Shown: in pieces, positions 37,077 through 45,274 of the stretch | Layout of the letters: every line of letters starts with the position of its first letter | How positions within the stretch are numbered: position 1 is the first letter of the stretch | Source of the DNA: an uncultured Acidobacteriota bacterium | Lineage (GTDB): Bacteria; Acidobacteriota; Vicinamibacteria; Vicinamibacterales; CAVVIG01 | Assembly: GCA_963770995.1 (NCBI GenBank) | Contig: CAVYRS010000001.1 | Span: forward strand, 502,815-566,814 | Direction: 5' to 3' | Length of the DNA: 64,000 bases | Position numbers and translations under genes: made by a program | Notes under the pieces: model-generated | What the model saw: only the letters and a program-made list of their open reading frames with translations | Database searches by the model: none | Told to the model about the DNA's origin: nothing

Positions 37077-40037
37077 CTAGCGTCCGAACGACCACCGGAC
37101 GCCAATCTGGCCGACGCGCTGCTCGGGCTGCTGAAAATCCCCGGCATATGACGTGGGTTGCATGAAACTCGGATTCGGATTGCCAAGTCCGAGCAGCCGC
37201 TGCCTGTTGAACGCCCCAGGATTGTCGGCGTTCAACAGGTTGAACATCTCCGCGATCAGTTCGAGCCGCGATCCCCGTGGCAGCGCAAAGCGCTTCGAGG
37301 CGCGCAAGTTGAGCTGGCTGAACGATGCGCCGCGGCCGCAGTTGACGGTCGCGCACGCGCCGATCTCCCTGGCGGGACTGCCGACGCCGTCGAATGCATA
37401 CGCACGGGCGGGAAGATCGTTGTTGTTCAGATCGTTGTTCCGATCAACGCCCTCAATCGTGTTGACCGGCGGCGCCGAGCGGAAATAGAAAATCGGCGCC
37501 AGCTGCACGCCCCAGCGGATCGGCGCGATGACGCTAATCGACACACGGTGGCGCGCATCGGTGACGCCCGGACCGTACTCAGCCGCCGCAAATGGATCGG
37601 CGGCATCGAGGACGCTGTGGTTCCGGCCGCCGGTGATGGCGGTCTCATCGGCCGCCAATCCCAGGTAGCCTTTCGCGTTCGACAGCGTGTAGCTGGCGGC
37701 AACGTCGAGGCCCGCCGTTGTCCGACGCCGAATGCTGAACAGCAGCGCGTCGTACCGGCTCCATGCGGCACTCGTTGCGATGCGGAACAACGGGGCGGTG
37801 ATGCGAAGATCGGCGAATCGACGCGGGCCGCGGTTGGGCGCCGAATTCAGCGGCAGGCGCGTGCTGAGATCGCGTCCGTCGGCATGAATGAAGTCCGCCG
37901 CGAGCGCGGTAGACGGATCCAGCTGATGCGACCACCCCACTGACAGCTGGCGCGTGAAGGGCTGTTCGAGGAGCGGCGACAGCACCTCGTTGTTGAGTCC
38001 GAGCCCCGATGCCTGATTGAGCGAGGCGATCGCAGCGATCGGATCGCCGACGCGAAAGAACGTGCCGTCGGGTTTCCGCAGCCCGTTCGGATCGATCGCG
38101 TTGAAGCCTCCGGTATCGACTGGCCCTCTGGCATCGCCGGCCGCAATCAGGATATTGGCGTTCGTGAAGGCGGCGTCGGTGAACACGCCCCAGCCGCCGC
38201 GGACAACGTCGCGGCCGTCTCCGCGAACATCGAGCGCAAATCCGAGGCGAGGCTGGAGGTTGTCGATGTCCTCGCGCGGCGCCGCACCGAAATCCTCGAA
38301 CCCGATCACGCCGCGCAAGCGGCCCGACTGCGCAGCCTGCTGCAAGATGACGAAATTGGGATTGCGCGACTGGTCGATCTGGTAGCCAAGGGCGACGTCG
38401 TATCGCAGGCCGAGGTTGACGGTCAGGCGATCGGTCACGCGCCAGTCATCCTGAACGTACCCGCCGACATGGGTCAGCGGTGTATTCAACTCGGGGAATT
38501 CGCGTGGCGCCGTGGCGAGACTGGCCACGACCTGCGTGAGCGGGCCGGTGCGATCGTTCGTCAGATGAAAGTACGTGGTGAACCCTGACGCCTCTGTCAC
38601 CGCAGGGACACCGAGAACAGGCACATAGCCGAAACTTCCCCCAAACTTCAGGCCGTGCGCGACGCCGAATCTGCCGCCGCGATGCCAGGTGAGATCGTCG
38701 CGGATCTGGAGCTGACGCTGTCGCGTGAACTGCGGTGCGAACGGAGAACGCCCGACGGTCACGCCGTTGGGGAATATCTCGAGGGGCTGGTCGTTGGTCG
38801 TGATCGCGTTCTCGAACGTCGCAAACTGCACGACGAGCTCGTTGAACGCCGACGCCGCCATCACGCGGCTGTGGTTGACGTTGATCGAATGAAAGCGGTT
38901 GCGGCTATCGCCCCAGGCCTCCGCCGTTCGAGTCGGCGCCGCGCCTTCGGGCTGCCGGTTCGCGTCCCATCCGTAGCGGATGGCGAAACGATCGCGCAGG
39001 CCGAGGTTCACCGTGAGTTTGCCGGTCGCCAGGGTGTCGCGGTAGCGGACCGGAGAGACGCCGTCCCTCGCCGGAAACAACCCTTGCGTGTTGACGGCCT
39101 GGAATGTGTTCTGATGGACGCGTTCGGCGGCGCCGAAGAAATGCGCTCTGTTTTCGATGACGGGACCGCCCAGCGATCCGCCGAACTGCGACCGCCGGTA
39201 ATCCGGCTTCTCCACGTCGAGGATCGTCTCTGTCGCCGTCCGGCTATTGAGCGATTCGTGGCGGATCAGATCGAATGCGCTCCCCGCTACTTGGTTCGCA
39301 CCGCTCTTCGTGACGACGCTCAGCACGCCGCCGCTGGCCCGGCCGTGCTCGGCCCCGTAGCTCGCATTCGAGAAACGGAATTCTTCGATGGCGTCGAGCG
39401 GAAATTGCTGCAGCGGCCCGCCGACCGTATCGTCAACGTTGTCGGCGCCGTCGACGACGTACATCACGTTGCGGCCGTTGCCGCCGTTGACCTGCGGCAT
39501 GTACTGCGTGCTTTTCGTCGGGTCGCGATGAAATCCGAGGCCGACGCCCGGCAGCGTCGCGGCCAGATTCGCGAACTGCCGCCCGTTGAGCGGCAGCTCC
39601 GCGATCCGGCGCTGGTCGACGACGCCGCCGACTTCCGGCGAAGCCGGCTGCATGAGCGGACTGGACGCGGCGACGGCCACCGTCTCGGCCACCGCGGCAA
39701 CACGCAGCTGGAAATCGACGCGCACGATGGCCGCGACTTCGATCGCCATTCCGCGCTGCTCGACAGTCGCAAACCCGTTGAGCGCCGCTTGAATGTCGTA
39801 CATGCCAGGTGGTAGACCGGCAATTCGGTATGCGCCCTGACCGTCGCTGATGCCCTGCCGCGCGAAGCCGGTCGCCGGGTTCGCCACGGTGACGACGACA
39901 CCTGGGACGGCTAGCGCCTGTTGATCCACGGCCCGGCCTTCAATCGCCGCGCTCTGGGCGGACGCCGCACGGATGCCAGGGAGTAGCACGCCGACACAAA
40001 CGATCGCAGCGGCTCGAATGCGCACGCGGTAGTTCAT
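37077..40037 (-). CDS. TonB-dependent receptor-like outer-membrane barrel with N-terminal CarboxypepD_reg domain
   Basis: 986 aa with a signal peptide. IEGRAVDQQALAVPGVVVTVANPATGFARQGISDGQGAYRIAGLPPGMYDI, then a long beta-rich region. Its ATG overlaps the kinase stop (ATGA 40034-40037). Confidence 0.9.
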   Translation of the reverse strand: MNYRVRIRAAAIVCVGVLLPGIRAASAQSAAIEGRAVDQQALAVPGVVVTVANPATGFARQGISDGQGAYRIAGLPPGMYDIQAALNGFATVEQRGMAIEVAAIVRVDFQLRVAAVAETVAVAASSPLMQPASPEVGGVVDQRRIAELPLNGRQFANLAATLPGVGLGFHRDPTKSTQYMPQVNGGNGRNVMYVVDGADNVDDTVGGPLQQFPLDAIEEFRFSNASYGAEHGRASGGVLSVVTKSGANQVAGSAFDLIRHESLNSRTATETILDVEKPDYRRSQFGGSLGGPVIENRAHFFGAAERVHQNTFQAVNTQGLFPARDGVSPVRYRDTLATGKLTVNLGLRDRFAIRYGWDANRQPEGAAPTRTAEAWGDSRNRFHSINVNHSRVMAASAFNELVVQFATFENAITTNDQPLEIFPNGVTVGRSPFAPQFTRQRQLQIRDDLTWHRGGRFGVAHGLKFGGSFGYVPVLGVPAVTEASGFTTYFHLTNDRTGPLTQVVASLATAPREFPELNTPLTHVGGYVQDDWRVTDRLTVNLGLRYDVALGYQIDQSRNPNFVILQQAAQSGRLRGVIGFEDFGAAPREDIDNLQPRLGFALDVRGDGRDVVRGGWGVFTDAAFTNANILIAAGDARGPVDTGGFNAIDPNGLRKPDGTFFRVGDPIAAIASLNQASGLGLNNEVLSPLLEQPFTRQLSVGWSHQLDPSTALAADFIHADGRDLSTRLPLNSAPNRGPRRFADLRITAPLFRIATSAAWSRYDALLFSIRRRTTAGLDVAASYTLSNAKGYLGLAADETAITGGRNHSVLDAADPFAAAEYGPGVTDARHRVSISVIAPIRWGVQLAPIFYFRSAPPVNTIEGVDRNNDLNNNDLPARAYAFDGVGSPAREIGACATVNCGRGASFSQLNLRASKRFALPRGSRLELIAEMFNLLNADNPGAFNRQRLLGLGNPNPSFMQPTSYAGDFQQPEQRVGQIGVRWSFGR

Positions 40038-42760
40038 CTCAGGCCGTCAATCATATACAGGCTCGCGAGTCCTCTCGCGAACCCGTACACGTAGCTCTGG
40101 CCGTCAGCGGATATCAACACGCGGTTCGGAACGAGGCCCGCGGGATCCGCGAAGGCGATCTCGCGCCACACCGTGCGTGTCCGCGTCGCGAGATCGAACC
40201 GCAGGATTTGGATCGGTGTGCTCCGACTGTTTGAAAGCCATAAGGCTTTCCCGTCCACGCTCCAGCGCAGCGGGTTATCGCCTCGTGCGAGACCCTCGAG
40301 TGGATCCGGCTGCTCGCGGTCTGGATGGTACAGGAAGAATTGTCCAGCCGAATCGGTCGTCACGACTCTGGAATCCGGCGACACGACCACCGGAACCGTC
40401 AGCCGCACGCCCTCCGGCGTGATCGGGCGTGGGGATCCGGTGGTTGTCGACTGCACGTAGACCCGCGGCGGACGACCAGGCTCGGCCGCATTGAACACAA
40501 TCCGGGCATTGTCCGGCAGCCAGGCCGCGAACGTGTTGGTCAACTGCAGTCGGCCGAGATCGAGCGCCCGTGATTGACCGGGTCCGGTCGGCATGATGGT
40601 CGGAAAACTCTCATCCTGTTTGCGAACGAGCACCCATTGCCCGTCCGGCGAGAGCGCCATGCTCACGCCCTCCGTCAGGCGGATGGCGGGCGACCCATCG
40701 GTCTTCCGCAGAAACACGACTGGCGTTGGACCTGCGCCGACACCGCTCTCCTGGAACAACAGCGTCTTGCCGTCGCTCGACAAGTCCTTCGACGTTGACC
40801 AGTCCAGCCACGAGAGATCGCGCTCGCGACTCGAGCCGTCGGCCACACCAATCATCTGTGCTCGGGCGACCTCCGAGGCCGCCAACACGCGACCGTCGGG
40901 CGCGACATCCGCAATCCACAGCGATTCCGGGCTCCGCTGGACGACGCGCTCACGGCCGTCCCGGGTTACGGCGCGCAGCGAATAATCGAGGCCGACTTCC
41001 GAGGCACTGAACCAGACCTCATTGCCGCTCCAGGCCGCGCACCCACAGGCTGACGAATACTGCTGGGACAACCGCGTAACGGCGCCCGATCGATCCACGA
41101 CGGTCAGCCGACCACCGCCCGGCGGGTCGCGGTCGATGAACGCCACGAGACTGCCGTCGGGTGATAGGCGAACGCCGTCAACCGGCGCGCTCGTCGTGTA
41201 CAGCGTTTTCCCGATCGGATACTCAATCGTACGTTCTCGACCCTTTGCACGCAGCACGGCGAGGGAGGTGCCATCGGGCGCCCAGTCGGCCGCTACGACG
41301 TTGTCGACCAGTTCGCGTGGGGCTTCGCCGCCGAGCGGTACCTGCGCGAGCGTGCCCGATTTGGTCAGGATCGCCAGTTCCCCCGAACGCGAAACCGCCA
41401 ACAGCCTCGCGTCCGGCACGGGGATGGGAACGGACTGCCCTGTATCCAGCCGCATCGAGAAGGTCTGAGCCGGCTTGCCCTCCCACTGCGCCGTGTAAAG
41501 GATCGTCTGACCGTCAGGCGAGAACCTGGCGTTGTCGATGGTTCCGCGACGGAACGTGAGCTTCTTGAGCGTCGGAGACACGGTCGGTGCGAATCGGCGG
41601 CCCGCCATGTAGGTTCCTGTCATGCCAAGCGCCGCGAGAACACCGAGCAACGCCAGCCACGCCCCTGCGGGTCGCGTGCGACTGTGCGACTGCCCCTCCG
41701 ACGGCCTCAACACCCCGTCGCGAATCCAGCGCAACTGCAGCGCGGCGTCGTGCGCCGATTGCAGCCGCGCGTCGGGATCCTTCGCGAGACACGTGCGGAC
41801 GAGCACATCGAGCGCCGGCGGCGTGACCGGCTGAATCGTGGACAGCGGTGGCGGCTCGTCGCGCAGAATCGACGCGATCAGATTCGAGCGGCTGTCGCCC
41901 GTAAACGCTCTTCGGCCGGTGATCATCTCGTAGACGATGGCGCCGAATGCGAAGAGATCCGTGCGGGCGTCCGCATCCTTGCCTTCGAGCTGCTCGGGCG
42001 CCATGTACTGAAACGTGCCGACGATGGTTCCTTCGCCCGTGAGCGTGTGCGGCGTTGTCGGCAGAGCCGTGGCCGAGGCAAACGTACCGGTGCGAGCGCC
42101 GAACTTCGCCAGGCCGAAATCCAGCAGCTTCGCGCCGTCCTTCGTCAGCATGACGTTGCCGGGTTTCAAGTCGCGATGCGTGATGCTGGCACGATGCGCG
42201 CTGTGCAGCGCCTCGGCGATCTCGATGGCGTACTGCAGCGCCCGGTCGAGCGGCAGCGGGCCCTTTTTCAACCGCTGCTCCAGGGTCTCGCCTTCGAGGT
42301 GCTCCATGACCAGGAACTCGACGCCCTGATCGTGGCCGATGTCGTACAGCACGCAGATGTGCGGATGCCTGAGCGCCGCGATCGCCTGCGCCTCGCGCTC
42401 GAAGCGCTGCCGCAGTTCGGGCTCGTTCGCGAATGCGGAGGGCAGCACTTTGATCGCGACGGACCGATTCAATCGCGTATCGCGCGCCTTGTACACCTCA
42501 CCCATGCCGCCGGCGCCGAGCGCCGCTTCGATCCGATAGGGGCCGAGCGCCGTGCCGGGCGCGACGCTTGGCGCAGGCCGCGCGAACGGATCGCCGCCTT
42601 CGCGCGCGCGTGCGTCGCCCGACAGCAGCGTCTCCACTTCGCCGCGCAGCGCGGCGTCGTCGCTGCACACATCTGCGAGAAACGCCGCGCGTGCGCCCGA
42701 CTCGCGCGCCAGCGCCGCGTGGAAGATCTCGGTGATCTTCTTCCAGCGTTCAGGATCCAT
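40034..42760 (-). CDS. Ser/Thr protein kinase with one TM helix and a periplasmic PD40/TolB-like beta-propeller
   Basis: ATG 42760 (MDPERWKKITEIFHAAL). Kinase motifs: GAGGMGEVYKARD, VAIKVL, HRDLKPGNVM, LLDFGLAK, GTFQYMAPEQ. TM: WLALLGVLAALGMTGTYMA. More than 8 xSPDG/xAPDG repeats. It overlaps the sigma gene by 11 nt. Confidence 0.9.
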   Translation of the reverse strand: MDPERWKKITEIFHAALARESGARAAFLADVCSDDAALRGEVETLLSGDARAREGGDPFARPAPSVAPGTALGPYRIEAALGAGGMGEVYKARDTRLNRSVAIKVLPSAFANEPELRQRFEREAQAIAALRHPHICVLYDIGHDQGVEFLVMEHLEGETLEQRLKKGPLPLDRALQYAIEIAEALHSAHRASITHRDLKPGNVMLTKDGAKLLDFGLAKFGARTGTFASATALPTTPHTLTGEGTIVGTFQYMAPEQLEGKDADARTDLFAFGAIVYEMITGRRAFTGDSRSNLIASILRDEPPPLSTIQPVTPPALDVLVRTCLAKDPDARLQSAHDAALQLRWIRDGVLRPSEGQSHSRTRPAGAWLALLGVLAALGMTGTYMAGRRFAPTVSPTLKKLTFRRGTIDNARFSPDGQTILYTAQWEGKPAQTFSMRLDTGQSVPIPVPDARLLAVSRSGELAILTKSGTLAQVPLGGEAPRELVDNVVAADWAPDGTSLAVLRAKGRERTIEYPIGKTLYTTSAPVDGVRLSPDGSLVAFIDRDPPGGGRLTVVDRSGAVTRLSQQYSSACGCAAWSGNEVWFSASEVGLDYSLRAVTRDGRERVVQRSPESLWIADVAPDGRVLAASEVARAQMIGVADGSSRERDLSWLDWSTSKDLSSDGKTLLFQESGVGAGPTPVVFLRKTDGSPAIRLTEGVSMALSPDGQWVLVRKQDESFPTIMPTGPGQSRALDLGRLQLTNTFAAWLPDNARIVFNAAEPGRPPRVYVQSTTTGSPRPITPEGVRLTVPVVVSPDSRVVTTDSAGQFFLYHPDREQPDPLEGLARGDNPLRWSVDGKALWLSNSRSTPIQILRFDLATRTRTVWREIAFADPAGLVPNRVLISADGQSYVYGFARGLASLYMIDGLR

Positions 42761-43322
42761 GGGTGAGCTGCGCGTGCAGCCAGGCCCGGGCCGCCCGCCA
42801 CTCGCGATCGATGGTTGCCGGCGAGACCTCGAGGAAGCGGGCTGTCTCTTCGAGCGAGAGCCCGCCGAAGTATCGCAATTCGACGACGCGGCTCTTGCGT
42901 GCATCGAACGCCGCCAGCCGATCGAGCAGCGTGTCGAGCATCAAGACGTCGAATCCGGGATCGGGCGCAGCGGCGCCGAGATCGGTCAGGGACACGCGCA
43001 CCCACCGTCCCGAGCGTTTGTCCATCTTCCGCCGGCGGGCGTGATCGACGAGGATGCGCCGCATCATCTGCGACGCCACGCCGTAGAACTGCGCGCGGTT
43101 CTGCCAGCTGGCGTGCTTCTGACCGGCCAGCCGAAGGTAGGCCTCGTGAACGACTGCGGTCGCCTGCAGCGTGTGATTCGGCCGTTCCTGTCGCAGGTAC
43201 GCCGCAGCGCGCCGCCGCAGCTGCTTGTAGACCAGGGGCACGAGACGGTCTCCAGCCTCCCGATCCCCCCGGCCCCACGCACGGAGCAGCCCGGTGACGT
43301 CAGGGCTCGATTCGCTGTTCAA
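42750..43322 (-). CDS. ECF sigma factor of the TIGR02999 (kinase-associated, ECF43-like) type
   Basis: TTG start. VTGLLRAWGRGDREAGDRLVPLVYKQLRRRAAAYLRQERPNHTLQATAVVHEAYLRL; region 4 VVELRYFGGLSLEETARFLEVSPATIDREW. Confidence 0.85.
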   Translation of the reverse strand: MNSESSPDVTGLLRAWGRGDREAGDRLVPLVYKQLRRRAAAYLRQERPNHTLQATAVVHEAYLRLAGQKHASWQNRAQFYGVASQMMRRILVDHARRRKMDKRSGRWVRVSLTDLGAAAPDPGFDVLMLDTLLDRLAAFDARKSRVVELRYFGGLSLEETARFLEVSPATIDREWRAARAWLHAQLTHGS

Positions 43323-43433
43323 GGTATTGCATCAGATCCTCTGGCCTGGCCCGTTCAAAGTCAACAGCCCGAGTGAGTTCCGGGGCATGACGAGGTTTCG
43401 CCGAGGTTCTCGCGTCACGGTCCGGAGGCCGAT

Positions 43434-43979
43434 ATGGCTACGGAGCGCGACGGCCACAATCGAGCGACATCCCGCGCAGCCGCGGCGCTGTGCCTCATCG
43501 GACTCATGCTGGCCCCGGCTCGGGCAGCTGCCGCAGGCTTCGACCACGTTCGCTCGGAGGACGCGTACGTGCGCGCGCTGCTGGACAGCGGCTACGCGCG
43601 CTCCGCGACCTTCAAGGCGCTCGTCGACGAACTCGACTCGCGCCCGGGCATCGTCTACATCGTCCAGGCCGTCGCGCTCTCGCGTGGCATGGATGGTGCG
43701 CTGCTCCACGCCGTCGCGGGCTCGCCGGAGATCCCGATGTTCCGCGTGTTGCTCAAAACGAACCTGGGGCGGGATTACGCCGTTGCGGTTCTCGCGCACG
43801 AACTGCAGCACGTCCTCGAGGTGCTGCGCGCCGGACGGCCAATGGACAGCGCCGCGATGGCAGAGTTCTTCGCGGCGCTCGACGATCAGGCGGCGGATTC
43901 GAAATTCGAAACCGAGGATGCACGCGCCATCACGTCCCGCGTGCTGGACGAGCTGCGGGTGGGCCGCCGGCGGCGATGA
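43434..43979 (+). CDS. exported hypothetical protein with HExxH motif (possible small zinc metallopeptidase)
   Basis: 181 aa with a signal peptide (ALCLIGLMLAPARAAAA). AVLAHELQHVLE is the only recognisable motif. Confidence 0.55.
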   Translation: MATERDGHNRATSRAAAALCLIGLMLAPARAAAAGFDHVRSEDAYVRALLDSGYARSATFKALVDELDSRPGIVYIVQAVALSRGMDGALLHAVAGSPEIPMFRVLLKTNLGRDYAVAVLAHELQHVLEVLRAGRPMDSAAMAEFFAALDDQAADSKFETEDARAITSRVLDELRVGRRRR

Positions 43980-44196
43980 CGCTCTGGTCGAACTCTTTCA
44001 CCTCGGGAAATTCATGCGTTGGAGCAGCGCCTGAAAGCGCGGATCCGATCGCGCAAAGTCCTGGGGTGGACCCTGTTTCATGTGCACCAATCCGGCGCGG
44101 GGCGATCGTGGCAGGAGGCGCATTTCGTGCGGTAGAGCGTCTCCCCGTCAGGGTACCCCCTGAGTAGCCGGGAATCCCGCAGCGACCATCAGAACA

Positions 44197-44274
44197 AATG
44201 CAACCACGAAGACACGAAGGCACGAAAAAGACATGTTGTTCTTCTTCGTGGTTTCGTGACTTCGTGGTTGCATT
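44197..44274. repeat. octamer-array hairpin element with AATGCAACCACGAAG termini
   Basis: AATGCAACCACGAAG-ACACGAAG-GCACGAAA ... CTTCTTCGTG-GTTTCGTG-ACTTCGTGGTTGCATT. Its last 2 nt overlap the TAA of the hydrolase gene. It spawns the spurious ORF 44198.. (MQPRRHEGTKKT). Confidence 0.9.
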
Positions 44275-45274
44275 AGAGATACTTCTGGAACCAGGCCACT
44301 GCTGCCTCGACTGCGGCGTCGAAAGCCTGCGGCGACGTGAGACCATGCGTCGCGCCGGGGATTGTGGTCACGCCATTCGGTCCCTTCAACAGCTTCGAGG
44401 CAGCGACCGCGTTCGTGGCGTTGTTCACCTTCGCATCCTTCTCCGCGACGACGAACAGGATGGCAGTTGTCTGCGGAATCTGATCGACGTACCAGAACGG
44501 ATGGTACTCGGCCAGGGCGAGCTTCGCTTCCTCGTCGTTCATCACCGCGCCTGCGGCCGCGGTTGCGGGCGCCTGTCCGCTTCGCGCCAGCCGCACCATC
44601 GCCGCCTGCTGCGCCGACGTCGGCTTCATCGCCTTGCGCGGCGTGTCCTGGCCGTCGATGATCGGCGTCTGCGCAACCGCCGCCTTGACACGAAAGTCGA
44701 CTCCGGCGGTCACCACAACATGACCGCCGGCGAGGCCGGCGCCCCAGACACCGATCCGCGCGCGATCCACGCCCGGTTCGCCCTGCAGGTACGAGATTGC
44801 GTTGCGGATATCGAGGATCTGCGCGTCAGGGATCGATCGCCCGCGGCGGACTCGCATTTTCGCCGTGTGCTGTGAGAAACGCAGCCGGTCGTCCCACCGA
44901 AGCGGTTCGGCCAGATAGAGAAAGCCGCCGCTCTTGCCCCAGCCGCGATAGTCGATGGCCATCGCGACCATGCCGCGCGCGGCCAGCTGCGCCGCGTACT
45001 TGTCGATCGACGCGGCCGTCTCGCCCGCTGCCGGCGCGAGGACGACAGCGGGGGCCTTGCTGTCGGCGGTGAATCCCTTCGGCGTATAGATCTTCGCGTA
45101 GCACTGCACGGCTTCGCTGAAGAACTTCACCTCTTTCGAGCTGACGCCGTCGGGTGGGCTTCCGGCTTTCGCGGGTTGTGCAATCGCCGTACTCGAGATA
45201 AGCCACGAAGACACAAAGACACGAAGAACCTGTAGCCTTCGTGCCTTCGTGCCTTGGTGGCACATCGAAGTCAT
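44273..45274 (-). CDS. alpha/beta-hydrolase fold protein (dienelactone-hydrolase-like), nucleophile position Gly
   Basis: ATG 45274 forms an ATGA overlap with the stop of the upstream paralogue. Signal peptide MTSMCHQGTKARRLQVLRVFVSSWLISSTAIAQPA. VAMAIDYRGWGKSGG. The elbow reads GVWGAGLAGG instead of G-x-S-x-G. Asp (VAEKDAKV) and His (GATHGL) are present. Confidence 0.8.
   Translation of the reverse strand: MTSMCHQGTKARRLQVLRVFVSSWLISSTAIAQPAKAGSPPDGVSSKEVKFFSEAVQCYAKIYTPKGFTADSKAPAVVLAPAAGETAASIDKYAAQLAARGMVAMAIDYRGWGKSGGFLYLAEPLRWDDRLRFSQHTAKMRVRRGRSIPDAQILDIRNAISYLQGEPGVDRARIGVWGAGLAGGHVVVTAGVDFRVKAAVAQTPIIDGQDTPRKAMKPTSAQQAAMVRLARSGQAPATAAAGAVMNDEEAKLALAEYHPFWYVDQIPQTTAILFVVAEKDAKVNNATNAVAASKLLKGPNGVTTIPGATHGLTSPQAFDAAVEAAVAWFQKYL
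45202..45261. repeat. octamer-array hairpin element lying entirely inside the signal-peptide codons of the hydrolase gene
   Basis: GCCACGAAG-ACACAAAG-ACACGAAG-AACC TGTAG CCTTCGTG-CCTTCGTG-CCTTGGTGGC. It is translated on the - strand as HQGTKARRLQVLRVFVSSW. Confidence 0.9.

Noticed and set aside
44198-44875. 225-aa ORF starting MQPRRHEGTKKT..., and similar ORFs 46975..47550 and 17020 N-terminus
   Set aside because: The N-termini are simply the translated CACGAAG hairpin elements. The remainder is antisense to real genes (alpha/beta hydrolase, DUF3089).
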